This document shows positions 20,312 to 29,694 of a DNA stretch of 64,000 bases, one piece after another. A program made the translations under genes and the position numbers. The notes beneath the pieces were generated by a model. The model saw nothing but the letters and a program-made list of their open reading frames with translations, made no database searches and was not told the origin of the DNA. The DNA is from an uncultured Acidobacteriota bacterium. GTDB lineage: Bacteria; Acidobacteriota; UBA6911; RPQK01; JAPXNP01. The stretch spans positions 128,001-192,000 of the forward strand of contig CAVZRV010000013.1 in NCBI GenBank assembly GCA_963777605.1, read 5' to 3'. Position 1 is the stretch's first letter. Each line of letters begins with the position of its first letter.

Positions 20312-21916
20312 ATGCCACGGACTGCACAAGGAACACTGCTCACCTTCACCGGGTTCCATGACCCCTATTCCGACGGACCCGTCGAAGGAAGCCGCCAGCC
20401 GGGCCCGATTCTGAGCCTGCTCGGAGAGCGCTCGTTTCGCCGGGTCATCCTGTTTTCAACCCCGTCCACCGTGGAAGTGACCGAAAAGACGAGGGAAGCC
20501 ATTGCCGAAGAAGAGCCGGATGTACAAGTCGCGGTTCGGCATCTCGAGCTGCCCGATCCGACCGACTATTCGTCCATTCTCCAAGAACTGCGTCGAAGCC
20601 TTCGGGATCTTGCCGCCTGGAAGCTGGGAGACGTCTTTATTGCCACGGCCTCCGGCACCCCTCAGATGCACGCCTGCTGGATCCTGCTCGTGACGTCCGG
20701 GGAACTGCCGGGTCGCCTCCTTCACGTTCGCCCACCCCGGTTCGTCAGCCGCGACGCACCCATGGTTACGGAAGTCGATCTCTCGGAGCCGGAGTTCTCC
20801 CCTCTGGTGCTCCGGGAGAGCAGCCATTTCCGTGACGTCGGCGCCGATGAACTCGACATGGAGGAGCCGTTTATGTCGGCGTTGGCCCTGCCGAGCGCAC
20901 CTTCGATTGAGCGGTCTCGCGTAGACCGGGTGATCGAAGCCACCTCGCGGCCCGAACCTGACTTGGCGGCAATTTGCGAGCAGGAAGGGATCGTCGGGGA
21001 TGATCCCGGAATGATCGATGCCGTGAGGCGGGCGGTGACCGTTGCGCCTTACGATGAGCCGGTTCTCATTTTCGGCGAAAACGGAACCGGCAAGGAGTTG
21101 ATTGCCAGGCTGATCCACCGGACGAGCCATCGTTCGGGAGGCCCCCTGGTTTCGGTGAATTGTTCGGCGATTCCGGAGGACCTGGCCGAGAGCATCCTGT
21201 TCGGACACAAGAAAGGTTCGTTTACCGGAGCCATTCAGGATGAGCAGGGGAAATTTCGGTTGGCCAATGGAGGCACGCTCTTTCTGGACGAGGTTGGAGA
21301 GCTTTCCTTTGCGATTCAGGCCAAGTTACTGAAGGCGGTTGAATATCAGGTAATTGAACCGGTGGGGGAAGGTCGAGAAAGCACAGTCGATATCCGAATT
21401 GTGACGGCGACGAACCGAAACCTGTGGGATATGGTCGGGTCTGGATCGTTCCGTAAGGACCTCTACTATCGGCTGGTCGGGGCGCTGGTTGAGGTGCCGC
21501 CGCTTCGATCACGTCGCAGTGATATCAGCAAGCTGGCGATTCATTTCCTGGAGGCGTTCTCACGACGGTACCGGACGAGGCGTCAGTTTACTACCGCGGC
21601 GTTGCGTCGCCTGCAACATCACGATTGGCCGGGCAATGTCCGCGAGCTCGGGCACGTGGTTCGGGCGGCCGCGATGCTGGCCCACAGCGGGAAGATCGAA
21701 GCCGACGACATCGAACTGCTGGCCCGAAAGCCCGACCACGATCTTCCGGAACCACACGACGGTTTTTCGGTCGAGAGGTATCTGGCCGAGGTCCGCCGCA
21801 AACTGTTCGAGCGGGCTCTGGAAATCAGTCAAGGCAACCAGGCCGCCGCGGCACGCCTGCTCGGCGTCAGCGGAGCCGCGGTGTCCAAGTTCGTGAACAA
21901 GGAACGGCCCGCGTAA
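20312..21916 (+). CDS. RtcR-like sigma54-dependent activator: CARF-like N-domain, AAA+ and Fis-type HTH
   Basis: LLTFTGFHDPY..GPILSL..DPTDY..ASGTPQMH (CARF-like); GENGTGKE, FGHKKGSFTGA, LFLDEV, WPGNVREL, NQAAAARLLGVS. Confidence 0.88.
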   Translation: MPRTAQGTLLTFTGFHDPYSDGPVEGSRQPGPILSLLGERSFRRVILFSTPSTVEVTEKTREAIAEEEPDVQVAVRHLELPDPTDYSSILQELRRSLRDLAAWKLGDVFIATASGTPQMHACWILLVTSGELPGRLLHVRPPRFVSRDAPMVTEVDLSEPEFSPLVLRESSHFRDVGADELDMEEPFMSALALPSAPSIERSRVDRVIEATSRPEPDLAAICEQEGIVGDDPGMIDAVRRAVTVAPYDEPVLIFGENGTGKELIARLIHRTSHRSGGPLVSVNCSAIPEDLAESILFGHKKGSFTGAIQDEQGKFRLANGGTLFLDEVGELSFAIQAKLLKAVEYQVIEPVGEGRESTVDIRIVTATNRNLWDMVGSGSFRKDLYYRLVGALVEVPPLRSRRSDISKLAIHFLEAFSRRYRTRRQFTTAALRRLQHHDWPGNVRELGHVVRAAAMLAHSGKIEADDIELLARKPDHDLPEPHDGFSVERYLAEVRRKLFERALEISQGNQAAAARLLGVSGAAVSKFVNKERPA

Positions 21917-22504
21917 TCGGAGTGCGTCTGAAGCCTCGCGAGTGAAGAAGGCGACGCCCGCGGCTACGTTCGGTGACTGTGGGAGTGAACCGAGCGCAAA
22001 AGGCAACCTGGCAGGTTGCGCGACCTGGCAGCCTGGAAGGCCGGATTACTCTCGCAACCTGGAAGGTTGCGCTGAGTGAGGGGGTATGGCGGAGAGGGTG
22101 GGAGACTCCTGATGCAACACTGGAAAAAGCACTTAACCTATTTATAATCAATGGATAAAGGAAAAAATGAGCTGTTTGAAAGTTGATCGGTTTTGGCCTT
22201 TTTTATGCATGTGATGCAGCGTTTGACGCAGTACTGGTGCGGCTTTCCAGAGATTCGGACTGTTGCGACGCTCGGAGGCAAAACGGCGGAGAGGCATTTC
22301 TCTTCCGCCAAAAGTCCGCGGAAACCCAGGCAGACTCAGCGTTTCCCGTTTGCCAAAAACCCTCTCCGCCATCTTTTTCGGCTCTTACGACTTGACTGAA
22401 TTGCATCATTTGATTGCGCATTCAAGTCGTTTAGTTTCGTCAAGTCGGCACGACAGCTGAGAAGGGAACGCACAGCAATCCCCTTGATGTAATGATTCGC
22501 CGTT

Positions 22505-22870
22505 TGCCGAGCTATCTCGTTTTGGCGGATTCCCGGTTTTGCGTTCTGTTCGCGGTCGATTTAGAGGAAAATAATGTTCGGGTCGTGACGGCATATCGCC
22601 CGGATCCCGATGAGTGGACCGAAGACCTGAGAACAAGGAGAACCAAGAAATGAAGTGTCGTGTCTGCGGAAGTCATCTGGAAGCCACGACGACAGACCTC
22701 CCGTTCAAAGTCACGGAACACACGATCGTGATCCTCAAGAAGTTGCCGGTGGCACAGTGCAAGCGATGCAGCGAATATCTGATTGAAGACACGGTCTTGA
22801 AAGAGTCGAAGAACTGTTCTCCAAGGTAGACACATCAGCTGAACTTGAAATCATCCCATTCGCTGCGTGA
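22505..22870 (+). pseudogene. Degenerate second DUF4258/YgiT-type pair
   Basis: Toxin 3' half LPSYLV..NVRVVTAYRPDPDEW-stop; MKCRVCG..AQCKRCSEYLI from 22650 with a frameshift near 22803. Confidence 0.7.
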
Positions 22871-23174
22871 TTCAAGGAATCGAGCCAACACCCAGTCGGG
22901 GGCTGCTGGGCTCCCCGGCACGTCTCTCTATCTCTGAAGTAGTGGTGATCGCCCCGTTTGTCGATGCAAAATTTGAGGCCTTCTGTCCGATAAATTGATT
23001 TGTCCATTAGTAATGGACATGCAATATTAGTGGACGTTCGCAGGCCTTGGCCCGACTTGACTAGCCACGAGCAGGCAACCTCCAATCGAGGGATTTCCGT
23101 CCGTGGATGAGCCACGGTTGAATGGCTGACAGAGGGCTCTCGACGCGGCGAATTGGCCGATTTACGATGCGTCT

Positions 23175-23760
23175 ATGCCTTACCAAACCATCACTTTTGA
23201 TCGCGAAAAGTTGTACGAGGAAGTCTGGTCGATGTCCGTCTCCCAGTTGGCTCCGAAGTACGGGTTCTCGGACGTCGGACTCGCCAAAATCTGCGAGAAG
23301 CTGAAGATCCCGAGACCCGAGCGGGGTTACTGGGCCAAGGTGCAAGCCGGGAAGGCAATGGGTGTTCGCGAGCCCTCCGAATCATGGACACCACGCTCAA
23401 GGCGCTGGAGGAACGTGGATTTGCGATGGTTCTCCGGGAAACGGAACGTGAAGGTCAGAAGTGGGAAACCCGAGTCTAGGTACTCGGGGAGAGTATTGGG
23501 ATCCGTCTCCGCGAGCGCTATCAGCAAGTCCGAAACGAAGGAAAGAACGCTTATCCAAGAGTTGAGCTGAAACGGACCGGCATCCTGGAACTCACCTATG
23601 GATACAGCTACTCGGAGACGGGGTGCCGGGATGGAAAGAAATCGCTCGAAGAGCAGCTCAATGCCTTCATGATCAAACTCATCAAGCACCTAGCAAAACG
23701 ACGAGGCGAATCGATTCGAAGTCAACGTGAGGAAGAGATCGAAGAACAGCGGCGGCAGTA
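23175..23760 (+). pseudogene. Fragmented mobile-element-associated HTH-like protein
   Basis: REKLYEEVWS..LAPKYGFSDVGLAKIC..IPRPERGYWAK, then broken frames (KKSLEEQLNAF). Confidence 0.55.
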
Positions 23761-23819
23761 TTGAACCGCCATCAGATGTCCAAAGTGTTCTGCTTCTTAG
23801 ATCAAGAGCCCCTTACCTC

Positions 23820-25370
23820 TCACGGTTCATGAACTCCGATGGATGGTCTTGTACCAGTCTTCAGTTCCTTGCCCCAGAAATCCTGGCCGCCGTTTTCCGC
23901 AATTGGTACACCCGCCCCAATCGCCGGAGACCCTGGTGCCAGTTTATAGCCCTCAACGCTTTCGAAACTTTTAGATCCCTTGCCCGGATCAACCAGTTTT
24001 GGGTCGTTTATCATGGCTCTCCATGCCTCAGGAATATCCTCGAAATTGCCTTTCAGCATATTCGCCTCGAACACAATGTTGTTTGATCCCCCAAAGCCCG
24101 GTTCAGTGATGAAGGTACCGTCATCAGCCTCACCTTGCTTTCTCCTGAGGCCGAATCTGTTCCGACCCATACCGTCCGAGTAGAAGATATTGTTCTGGAT
24201 AGCCACACTGGATGGCCATATACTGCCTTCGATAGTCCAGAGGAAGAGATAGGCGTCGATATCCTCCCCGATGTAGAAGAGATTATTATAGATTTGAACG
24301 TCCCGGGTCCGGCCGGCCACGTGAAACAGGCGAGCCTTGTCATTCTGACTGATGTTGTATCGAACAACCGTGTCGGAATTATCGCCGCACATCAACATGA
24401 AACCACCGTCGTTGTCGTGAGAATAGTTATACTGGAAGGTCGTATTGTAACAGAAACCATCGGTGTCGAATGCCTGTCCATCCTTGGTTCCTTTAACTCC
24501 GCTGACTTCATTGAACTGGATCACTGTATTGTCACAATTCCAGGGCCAAATCCCGGCGGCATAGTCATCACACCTTTGACGGGCGCCTTCAACCACGTTG
24601 TATTCGACGACTGCACCATCACATGACCAGATTTTGATCGCATCACCGCCGATATCCAGCAACCTGTTTTTGCGGATTACCACGTTCAAACTCGGGTACC
24701 ACTCCTCTCCACGTCCGCTTGGATAACCGGAGTATCCGCAAATGCCGTTGCGATCGGTACGTTCCAGGAGGCAGCCTTCGATAAGGAGGTCATCAAAACG
24801 GCTCAGCTTCTCTTTACCTCCAATCTGCCAGGTGATCCCATGCCCTTCACCTGAATCACGCTTTATCAGGGAGCCATTCACATCGTGGACGTGTAGATTT
24901 CGGAGGTGAATATGGTGCATGGTTCCAAAGTTCCAGGAGCGCAAACGGACTCCGTAACGGAGTTCTTCTCGCGTGGGTCCCTGATTGGTTAGCTGAAGGT
25001 TGTTCAACTCCCAGTACTCCTGGTTTTCGAGTAGTAAGGCCTCGGAGAACTTGCCCTCTGCAGCAATAACCGGCTTTTCCCCGGTGTCATACATATCAAC
25101 GAGGACAGGCGCTTCCATTGAACCGGAACCTTTCGGGCTCAATCGCCCTTGATACGCCGTTCCGGCCTGGATAAACAGACGGTCCCCGGGACCAAAAACG
25201 AAAGCATTGACTTTGTTGAGACTCTTCCAGGGACTTCTTTCGGAGAGTCCGTTGTTGCGGTCATCCCCGTTTGCACTGCTCAGATAATATGTTCGTGGCT
25301 GTTCCGTACAGGCAACAACCACAAGGGTCAGAGCTGCGATAACCAAAATCGAATATAGTTGTGATCTCAT
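23820..25370 (-). CDS. Right-handed parallel beta-helix (pectate lyase-like) lipoprotein
   Basis: Lipobox-like VVAC, TYYLSS.NGDD.NNG.S..SPWKSL, DGQAFDTD, QYNYSHDNDGG. Confidence 0.8.
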   Translation of the reverse strand: MRSQLYSILVIAALTLVVVACTEQPRTYYLSSANGDDRNNGLSERSPWKSLNKVNAFVFGPGDRLFIQAGTAYQGRLSPKGSGSMEAPVLVDMYDTGEKPVIAAEGKFSEALLLENQEYWELNNLQLTNQGPTREELRYGVRLRSWNFGTMHHIHLRNLHVHDVNGSLIKRDSGEGHGITWQIGGKEKLSRFDDLLIEGCLLERTDRNGICGYSGYPSGRGEEWYPSLNVVIRKNRLLDIGGDAIKIWSCDGAVVEYNVVEGARQRCDDYAAGIWPWNCDNTVIQFNEVSGVKGTKDGQAFDTDGFCYNTTFQYNYSHDNDGGFMLMCGDNSDTVVRYNISQNDKARLFHVAGRTRDVQIYNNLFYIGEDIDAYLFLWTIEGSIWPSSVAIQNNIFYSDGMGRNRFGLRRKQGEADDGTFITEPGFGGSNNIVFEANMLKGNFEDIPEAWRAMINDPKLVDPGKGSKSFESVEGYKLAPGSPAIGAGVPIAENGGQDFWGKELKTGTRPSIGVHEP

Positions 25371-25640
25371 TAATCCTCCCAGGGATTTGCCGACCTGCGG
25401 GCGGATAGAGCTTTGTCGCAAGTCAGCGCGGGCCCCCCGGTTCGACGGGGATCATTCAATGGGTGAAACTCACAGATATCGAGGCCTCTGGAATCCTTTA
25501 TTCTTTGTTCTATATTCTTTAATCCGACTCCTGAATTCTGCATTCTGAATTCTGACTTCTGTTCTTGAAGTTTCGGATCAGTAGATCAATGTTGTCCTCC
25601 CGAACATATTGGTTTCATGGCCATCCGGTTTTTCCTGGAC

Positions 25641-26630
25641 TTAGTTCCTGCCGTTGAGAACGCGCATTCCGGGAGGTCGGGACATCATTTCCTCGATGAG
25701 TTCGGCCATCTCGTCAGGCCGGAGTCTTGGCAGAACCAGGTGATGGTTCGCCCGGTCCACCCGGGGATTCCAGACAACCTGGCCGTCCGACTTCCGCTCC
25801 ACGCTTCCGGAATCTTCGATAGTGAAGAGTTCTGGTCTGATCACAAACAGAACAGCTACCTGGTCCCAACTGGAGCGACCTTCTGTGATCGCTGTCCCAT
25901 TTCCCCACAGCCGATAGGCTTCACGGACAGGATTCGATTCAGGAGTGAAAGGCAGCAATCGATGCCCTGTTAGAATGTCTTTTCCGGCGGGTGAAATGTA
26001 AAACGGCTTAAACCATCTTTCGAGTAGTTCTTTGCAATAGGCAGACATTCCCATTTCCTGGAAGTTCCATCCTCCCATTCCCATGGCTACCCACCTTTTC
26101 ACCTTGCTTCGCACCAGTTCTTCACCCTTGGAATCGCGCAAGAGATGGACTAGGCCATGCGGATGCCCGACAGTGCAGATCGTTACGCTCTGATTCGGCT
26201 GCGACAAGAGAATGGACTTGTAGACATCAACAAGATCGGGAGCTTGGTCCACAATGTCATGACCAAAACGTTTTGTGTCCCTGGCGATTTGTTCGGTGTA
26301 AGAATTATGATGATCTCCTACATCGGTACCCTGGTACTGACCGAGAGGGAGGTCGCCCCGCCCATAATAAGTGTTAATTGCGTCGCACGTCCCGACCCCA
26401 TAACGGTTCTTCCCGCTGCTGAAAACAACTCCCAGGATTTTCACTTCGCCTGCATCTGCCAGGGAATGCAGCACAGCCAGCGCGCCGGCATCATCGCAAT
26501 CGGAACCCATATCCGTATCGAATATCACTGCAGGAACATCCGTCTCGGCCCCATTCAGGCCCATCGGGCAGAAAAGCAGAAGCATCAGAATAGTTGATGT
26601 AAACAGATAAAATCTATCAAAAGAATTCAT
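25641..26630 (-). CDS. Secreted nucleoside hydrolase (IUNH-like) family protein
   Basis: VIFDTDMGSDCDDAGALA, RSSWDQVAVL; signal peptide. Confidence 0.8.
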   Translation of the reverse strand: MNSFDRFYLFTSTILMLLLFCPMGLNGAETDVPAVIFDTDMGSDCDDAGALAVLHSLADAGEVKILGVVFSSGKNRYGVGTCDAINTYYGRGDLPLGQYQGTDVGDHHNSYTEQIARDTKRFGHDIVDQAPDLVDVYKSILLSQPNQSVTICTVGHPHGLVHLLRDSKGEELVRSKVKRWVAMGMGGWNFQEMGMSAYCKELLERWFKPFYISPAGKDILTGHRLLPFTPESNPVREAYRLWGNGTAITEGRSSWDQVAVLFVIRPELFTIEDSGSVERKSDGQVVWNPRVDRANHHLVLPRLRPDEMAELIEEMMSRPPGMRVLNGRN

Positions 26631-26984
26631 AACTCACTAGTAGGCGATATTTTTGAAAGAGTCAAACAGAAAAGTGCCGTCTATGAGAGGAGTATCTTTC
26701 TCCCCTGGCCCTGACTCAGAAGGAACCGACAGATCGTCTCGGCTGTGATGTGAAGGTTATCAACACCGAGTACTTTCGCATCCGGTCCGGCGCCGTGACC
26801 GACCTCTTCTACAGCCGAGTCTCCGGCCGCCGCATCAAGACCGCCGTCTTCGTCAGCCCGCCGCTGCTTTTCAGCAAGGGAAAGAAGCACTACATGACGA
26901 TGTCTGAGCTCAACACTGCTGCAGCTGGATTTTGGCAACTCCGTTGGATATCTCTCGATTCCTTTCGTCGGCCCCGTTAATGTC

Positions 26985-27233
26985 GTGACGGGCAAGTGGG
27001 CGGAACGGGACTTCAATCGAATGCTTGCGGAACTGACGGCGATTGCAGGAGGTTTACCCTACTCTGCCGACTCTGCTACAGCATTACCCTATGATCGAAT
27101 CGTGGCCTCGAGAGAGGACGTTCTCTACCACGCGTTTACGTATCTACGCCACGTTCTGACGACGGACGATCCTGGTGAGCAGCTCCTCCCAGCCCTGCGA
27201 TCCATTCTTGCCGACCCCCATCGGAAGCTGTAG
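26985..27233 (+). pseudogene. Possible DUF2357 (McrBC-associated nuclease N-domain) fragment
   Basis: DFNRMLAEL..LPY..LYHAFTYLR..LRSILADPHRKL resembles DUF2357 from memory. Confidence 0.4.
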
Positions 27234-27599
27234 CAGACCCGGCAATGAGTCGGATGGGTGTCTGAGAGGGAGAGGGGTACGGCATGGGCCAGATGTCGCT
27301 GGAGCCCGAACTTCCTGAATGGCGGATAGCTCTTGGTGCCGACCCCACTGTCCGGGGATTTCTCACCAAAAGCGACTGGGAAAGATGTCTTTTCTGGTCA
27401 CTGTTCCGGAGCAACTGTCTCGTGAGCGCAATTCTCCATCGTGGCTTGCGACGTTGCCTTCCGCTTGCCGACGGTCACTGCTGACTGATTCATGGGTGGG
27501 TTCACAAACCCTATATTAAGTACCTAATAAAGGGGTCATGGACCCAGTTGGTAGATTGCCGGCACCTCGAATGCCCTAGGCCACTCCTTGTGAATTCGC

Positions 27600-28145
27600 T
27601 CAGTCTGGGACTTTGAGCGTCTCCTGATTCTCGGCCACAAAACCACCCGGGCTCCAGTGATAGGTCGTCCGAACGAACTGGGTGGCGCAGCAGTCTCCAT
27701 TGCTCCCCTCCGGCGAGTTGAGATCCACTACCAACTTCCCGTTCTTGACTCGAATACCTCTCAGGCCTCCATCCGCCCGGTCGCCGGTATTGAAATACCA
27801 AAGCGGATCCCGCTTTCCGTCGTGGAGGCTGTAGATGTAAACCAGTTGAGGAGCCGCCGAGCCCCCTGTCGTGATGTCCATTGTCAGCACGGCTTCATCA
27901 TCCCCATCACCAGTCAGATCACCGTATATGACGGCCTTCAGAGTGACCGGCATGTTCGAAAGGGATCCATCCGCACGCCGCTCAATGGGGATGGTTCCGT
28001 CGGTCAAGGTGAAGGTTCTGACCGGGGAATTTGGAATCATCAATCCCTCAGTCCAAGGGTAGGTGCAGTTCTCCCAATCGACGGAATGGATGTCCGCTAT
28101 CGCTGTCGCGCCCAGAAGCCAGATCGCCAAGAAAAGGAACTTCAT
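27600..28145 (-). CDS. Secreted hypothetical protein
   Basis: Signal peptide MKFLFLAIWLLGATAIA; YGDLTGDGDDEAV and DCCA motifs; GGAGG RBS. Confidence 0.7.
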   Translation of the reverse strand: MKFLFLAIWLLGATAIADIHSVDWENCTYPWTEGLMIPNSPVRTFTLTDGTIPIERRADGSLSNMPVTLKAVIYGDLTGDGDDEAVLTMDITTGGSAAPQLVYIYSLHDGKRDPLWYFNTGDRADGGLRGIRVKNGKLVVDLNSPEGSNGDCCATQFVRTTYHWSPGGFVAENQETLKVPD

Positions 28146-28158
28146 CGAAGCCTCCACC

Positions 28159-28413
28159 TCACTGTAAGCGATCCACCTCCAATAATTCTATGCCCCTGCG
28201 ATACTCCCGGATCCATTCATCAAGGTGGATGGGACGCTTCCCGCAGCACTTGGTGATGGCCTCTTCGATCTCCGTTGGCTCGAGGCGGGTATCTCCTTGT
28301 TTGAAAGCCTCGAGGATGAACTTCTGGAACTTGCGCTGGTGGAGTGGATGGGGCATGGCCCAGTCGACGGTGCGGGCAAAGGCTTCGAGCTTCTGAAGCG
28401 TGGCCGGGTGCAT
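28159..28413 (-). CDS. Small hypothetical protein
   Basis: MHPATLQKLEAFA..HPLHQRKFQKFI, co-oriented with the downstream gene. Confidence 0.45.
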   Translation of the reverse strand: MHPATLQKLEAFARTVDWAMPHPLHQRKFQKFILEAFKQGDTRLEPTEIEEAITKCCGKRPIHLDEWIREYRRGIELLEVDRLQ

Positions 28414-28754
28414 GGTTGACAATATACACCTTTTCTTCACCTATGTGAACCGCCTCTTTCTGCATTGACTCGCCTTCGTGGCAGCGGTAGCCTCAACCAG
28501 TAGTCATGCCTGTAAAACGCCTGTTTGCACTTCTCTTCCTGTTGTCCTGCCTGTGTGCGAGTGCGTTCGCCCAAAGGCCTGTGGAGCTGGAGATATTTCT
28601 GACATCGGTTCAACCGACGCAATGCAAAGATGTCCGCGAAGTGGACTTTCGAAATCGGGTTTATGCCATCCATGACTTCGGCATGGGCTTCGTGGAGCTG
28701 AAGGACGGAAAGTGGGAGTTCAGCCCTCATACGATCACTCCTCCTCTGGCCAGT

Positions 28755-28935
28755 TCACCCGGAGATGGTGCTTTTGGAGACGCCGAGCCTCTCGGCAATC
28801 GCGCGGATCGAGTGACCTTCCTCCCGGAGTTTGAGGACCACCTTGGGCTTGATACCTGAGCTGGGACGGCCGAGACGCTTGCCCTGACTCTTGGCCCGCT
28901 CAAGGCCCATCACGACCCGTTCCCGGATCAGGGAT
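28755..28935 (-). pseudogene. C-terminal fragment of a serine recombinase (resolvase/invertase)
   Basis: SLIRERVVMGLERAKSQGKRLGRP..HSIRAIAERLGVSKSTI; catalytic domain absent. Confidence 0.8.
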
Positions 28936-29100
28936 GTATTTCCGGTGGCCAAATTCGTCGGTGCAGACGGCGTAGTAGTAACCGGTGCTCTTGCGGAGGT
29001 AAATGTCGGCACTCACAGCCAAAATCGTAGCTCTCGGCAACGATTTTGCAACTATTTGATTGTTTGGCTGTAAGTTGTGGATTTTGAATGAGTAAAGATA

Positions 29101-29190
<90 letters not shown>

Positions 29191-29223
29191 ACAACCGTCA
29201 TATACATCCCCGCATCCGGGATA

Positions 29224-29316
29224 CGGAGGAGGTGGGATTCGAACCCACGTGCCAAGCTCATCACCTGACAACCCGATTTCGAGTCGGGCCCGTTACGACC
29301 ACTTCGGTACTCCTCC
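29224..29316 (-). tRNA. tRNA-Ser(CGA)
   Basis: CCCGA-CT-CGA-AA-TCGGG, long variable arm, no encoded CCA. Confidence 0.96.
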
Positions 29317-29542
29317 GCACTCAGCCTGGAAGCATAGCATTAAAGCCTTCTGACGGGGCCAAGTCAAGCGGGCCGGGGGATTGGGAGCACTGGAAGAAAG
29401 GGATGAAGGTGAGGGACTCGAAGTCTTCAGGAATGGGACAATTTGACGAGCGCTGCATATCCAGGGCGCCCACGTTCCTCCAAATCCGAAACCTTCCAAC
29501 CCCGGGCAAATCTGGTATAGTCTCCACTGGTTTATTTCTTGT

Positions 29543-29645
29543 CAGGTTTCGGGCCCTGTGCAACGGTCCCCCCGAACCATGTCAGGTCCGGAAGGAAGCA
29601 GCATTAAGGGGACCCGATCGTGTGCCGCAGGTAACCCGAAGCCTG
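29543..29645 (+). ncRNA. ffs: Signal recognition particle RNA (4.5S)
   Basis: TCAGGTCCGGAAGGAAGCAGC core inside a long hairpin, upstream of dnaX. Confidence 0.95.
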
Positions 29646-29694
29646 TCCTTCATGACTCTTCTCGGGTTCGGGCTGAAGTCGGTACCAGATCAGC

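Noticed and set aside
20312-21916. Calling the activator rtcR, or a CRISPR Csm6/Csx1 effector
   Set aside because: No rtcA/rtcB, HEPN domain or cas genes in the window; only family-level similarity is supported.
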